DNA of 64,000 bases from Spirochaetota bacterium (GTDB taxonomy: Bacteria; Spirochaetota; UBA12135; COTS27; CBDBHE01): the NCBI GenBank assembly GCA_965205605.1, contig CBDBHE010000007.1:608001-672000 (forward strand). The letters run 5' to 3'. Of this stretch, positions 62,697 to 64,000 are shown one piece after another. Numbering within the stretch: position 1 is the stretch's first letter; each line of letters starts with the position of its first letter. Both the position numbers and the translations under genes were made by a program. The notes under the pieces were generated by a model. The model did not search any database. It was given only the letters and a program-made list of their open reading frames with translations, and had not been told where the DNA came from.

Positions 62697-63158
62697 TTAA
62701 AGACTGATCTTTTTTATTTGATAATTTTTTTCTCCCGCAGGGACTTGAATGGATATTTTAGTTTGTACTTTTTTGCCAAGGAGTGCTTTTGCAACAAGGC
62801 TTTTAATAGAGATTTTAGATTCTTTTGCATTGGCTTCTGAGGGGCTAACGATTTGGTAGCAAATTTTTTGATTATTTTTCAAATCAATGAGAGAGACTTT
62901 TTTTCCAAAAGTAACAATATTTTTTGGAAGAGTAGTGATGTCGATGACTTGACAATTGTGCAAATCACCACTAATTTTTTGGATTTCTGCATTGAGCATT
63001 CCTTGTCGTTCTTTAGCGGCGTGATAATCAGCATTTTCTTTGAGGTCACCTTTTTTTCTTGCTTCAGAAATAATACTGGGAAGGGTTTTAAATTCTTTTT
63101 TAAGTTCTTCTAATTTTAATTCGAGTTGTTTTTTACCTTTATCTGTAATTGGTATCAT
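62697..63158 (-). CDS. greA: Transcription elongation factor GreA
   Basis: PIT..G...L..EL, EAR.KGDLKENADYHAAKERQ, V.FG, ISIKS.VAKALLGK, VPAG. Confidence 0.93.
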   Translation of the reverse strand: MIPITDKGKKQLELKLEELKKEFKTLPSIISEARKKGDLKENADYHAAKERQGMLNAEIQKISGDLHNCQVIDITTLPKNIVTFGKKVSLIDLKNNQKICYQIVSPSEANAKESKISIKSLVAKALLGKKVQTKISIQVPAGEKNYQIKKISL

Positions 63159-63167
63159 TTGAGTTTC

Positions 63168-63998
63168 CTAAAATTTAATTTCAACGGTAATTTGGAAATA
63201 ATCTTGTAAATTATTATCGGGAAAAATACCTGTTAAACCAAGAATTAATTTATCAACAACACTTAAATGAGCGGTTAAACGATCAATATTAAAAGGTTTA
63301 AAAGAAAATCCCATCGTAATATTGCCCATTTTTAAGACTTCTCGACTTAAAGAAGAATAAATTGCTTCTGGGTAAAATCCTAAATAATAGTCTCCTTTAA
63401 AAGGAAGGAGGGTTTTTTTATTAAGTTTTGCCCTCAATCTTTTAATTGTTTTTTTATTTAGATTTATTGTACTTTCTTTTTTAAAAAAAATTTCTTCTTC
63501 TTGAGACAATTCTTGTTTTGCTTTAATTTTTTTTTCTATAAGGGTTAATGTATTTTTTTTTGATTGTTTCGACTCTTTTTTTGTTTTAATGAGGAGGCGG
63601 TAGTTACTTTTAAGTTGTTTGATGAGGAGGAGATTGTTTTGGTATTGTGTTTGATGAGCTGGTGTCATTTTGTGATATTTTAGTTTTTTTTCTCTTTGAC
63701 CAAGAGATTTGATATCGGCTAAAAGTTGTTTTTTTTCAGAGGTTTGATTGGTTTGTTTAACGAATAAATATTGTTTTTCTTTTCTTTTTTCTAAGAGTTT
63801 TAATTTATTTATTTTTTCTTTTTTTTCAAGATAAATTTGTTTTAGTTCTTGTTTTTGTACAGGGGAAAGAGTTTTATATTTTAAGTTGTAGTTTTCTTTT
63901 GAAGTTTGATGGACTCTTTTTAAGAGTTTTTTTTTTTCTTTTTCATATGAAGGTACTTCTTGAAGGTCGTTTATGGTTTTTGTTAAAGTTTTAATTTC
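63168..63998 (-). CDS. 3' part of a larger hypothetical protein (Lys/Gln-rich coiled coil then a beta-rich C-terminus), 5' end beyond the window
   Basis: Manual translation: the frame of the 63168..63668 ORF stays open to the window edge (EIKTLTKTINDLQEVPSYEK...KYHK|MTPAHQ), so the listed ATG is probably internal. Confidence 0.7.
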   Translation of the reverse strand, partial: EIKTLTKTINDLQEVPSYEKEKKKLLKRVHQTSKENYNLKYKTLSPVQKQELKQIYLEKKEKINKLKLLEKRKEKQYLFVKQTNQTSEKKQLLADIKSLGQREKKLKYHKMTPAHQTQYQNNLLLIKQLKSNYRLLIKTKKESKQSKKNTLTLIEKKIKAKQELSQEEEIFFKKESTINLNKKTIKRLRAKLNKKTLLPFKGDYYLGFYPEAIYSSLSREVLKMGNITMGFSFKPFNIDRLTAHLSVVDKLILGLTGIFPDNNLQDYFQITVEIKF

Positions 63999-64000
63999 TT

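Overview
A very AT-rich, extremely compact bacterial chromosome segment carrying about 50 intact, mostly housekeeping CDSs in standard code 11. No rRNA, tRNA, CRISPR array, transposase/integrase or clear pseudogene is visible. Several markers point to a Spirochaetota genome, possibly host-associated (inference): rpsT followed by an HU/Hbb gene, a TP0562-like orphan NeuB/SpsE, a DUF5312-like protein, CheX, FabV, a LipL21/LPP20-like lipoprotein, and a dcw cluster without ftsI. Content: isoprenoid (ispA, ispH), His/Phe/aromatic (hisD, pheA, aroB), cell wall (rsmH-ftsL-murE-murF-mraY, PBP1A), LPS transport (lptC-lptA-lptB-rpoN), purL-purQ-pgm, a bioB-pdxH-thyA-folA cofactor operon, aceEF-lpdA, clpC, dsbD, comM and greA. 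Accessory-looking parts are a G-rich Na+/sugar symporter plus secreted GH2 beta-galactosidase pair (13.6-18.7 kb) and an uncharacterised cluster at 37.8-43.5 kb. That cluster holds a lysine-free acidic lipoprotein, a WecD-like GNAT, a membrane-anchored transglutaminase-like protein lacking the triad Asp, an EHH-variant DHH phosphoesterase, a MazG-like pyrophosphatase and an aminotransferase. It is the best candidate for something undescribed, but its functional unity is only inferred. Other oddities are an arginine-free HU, a FlgT-like/LPP20-like gene pair, in-frame homopolymers up to 18 nt, and convergent gene ends with no terminators. All family assignments come from motif recognition by eye, not database searches.
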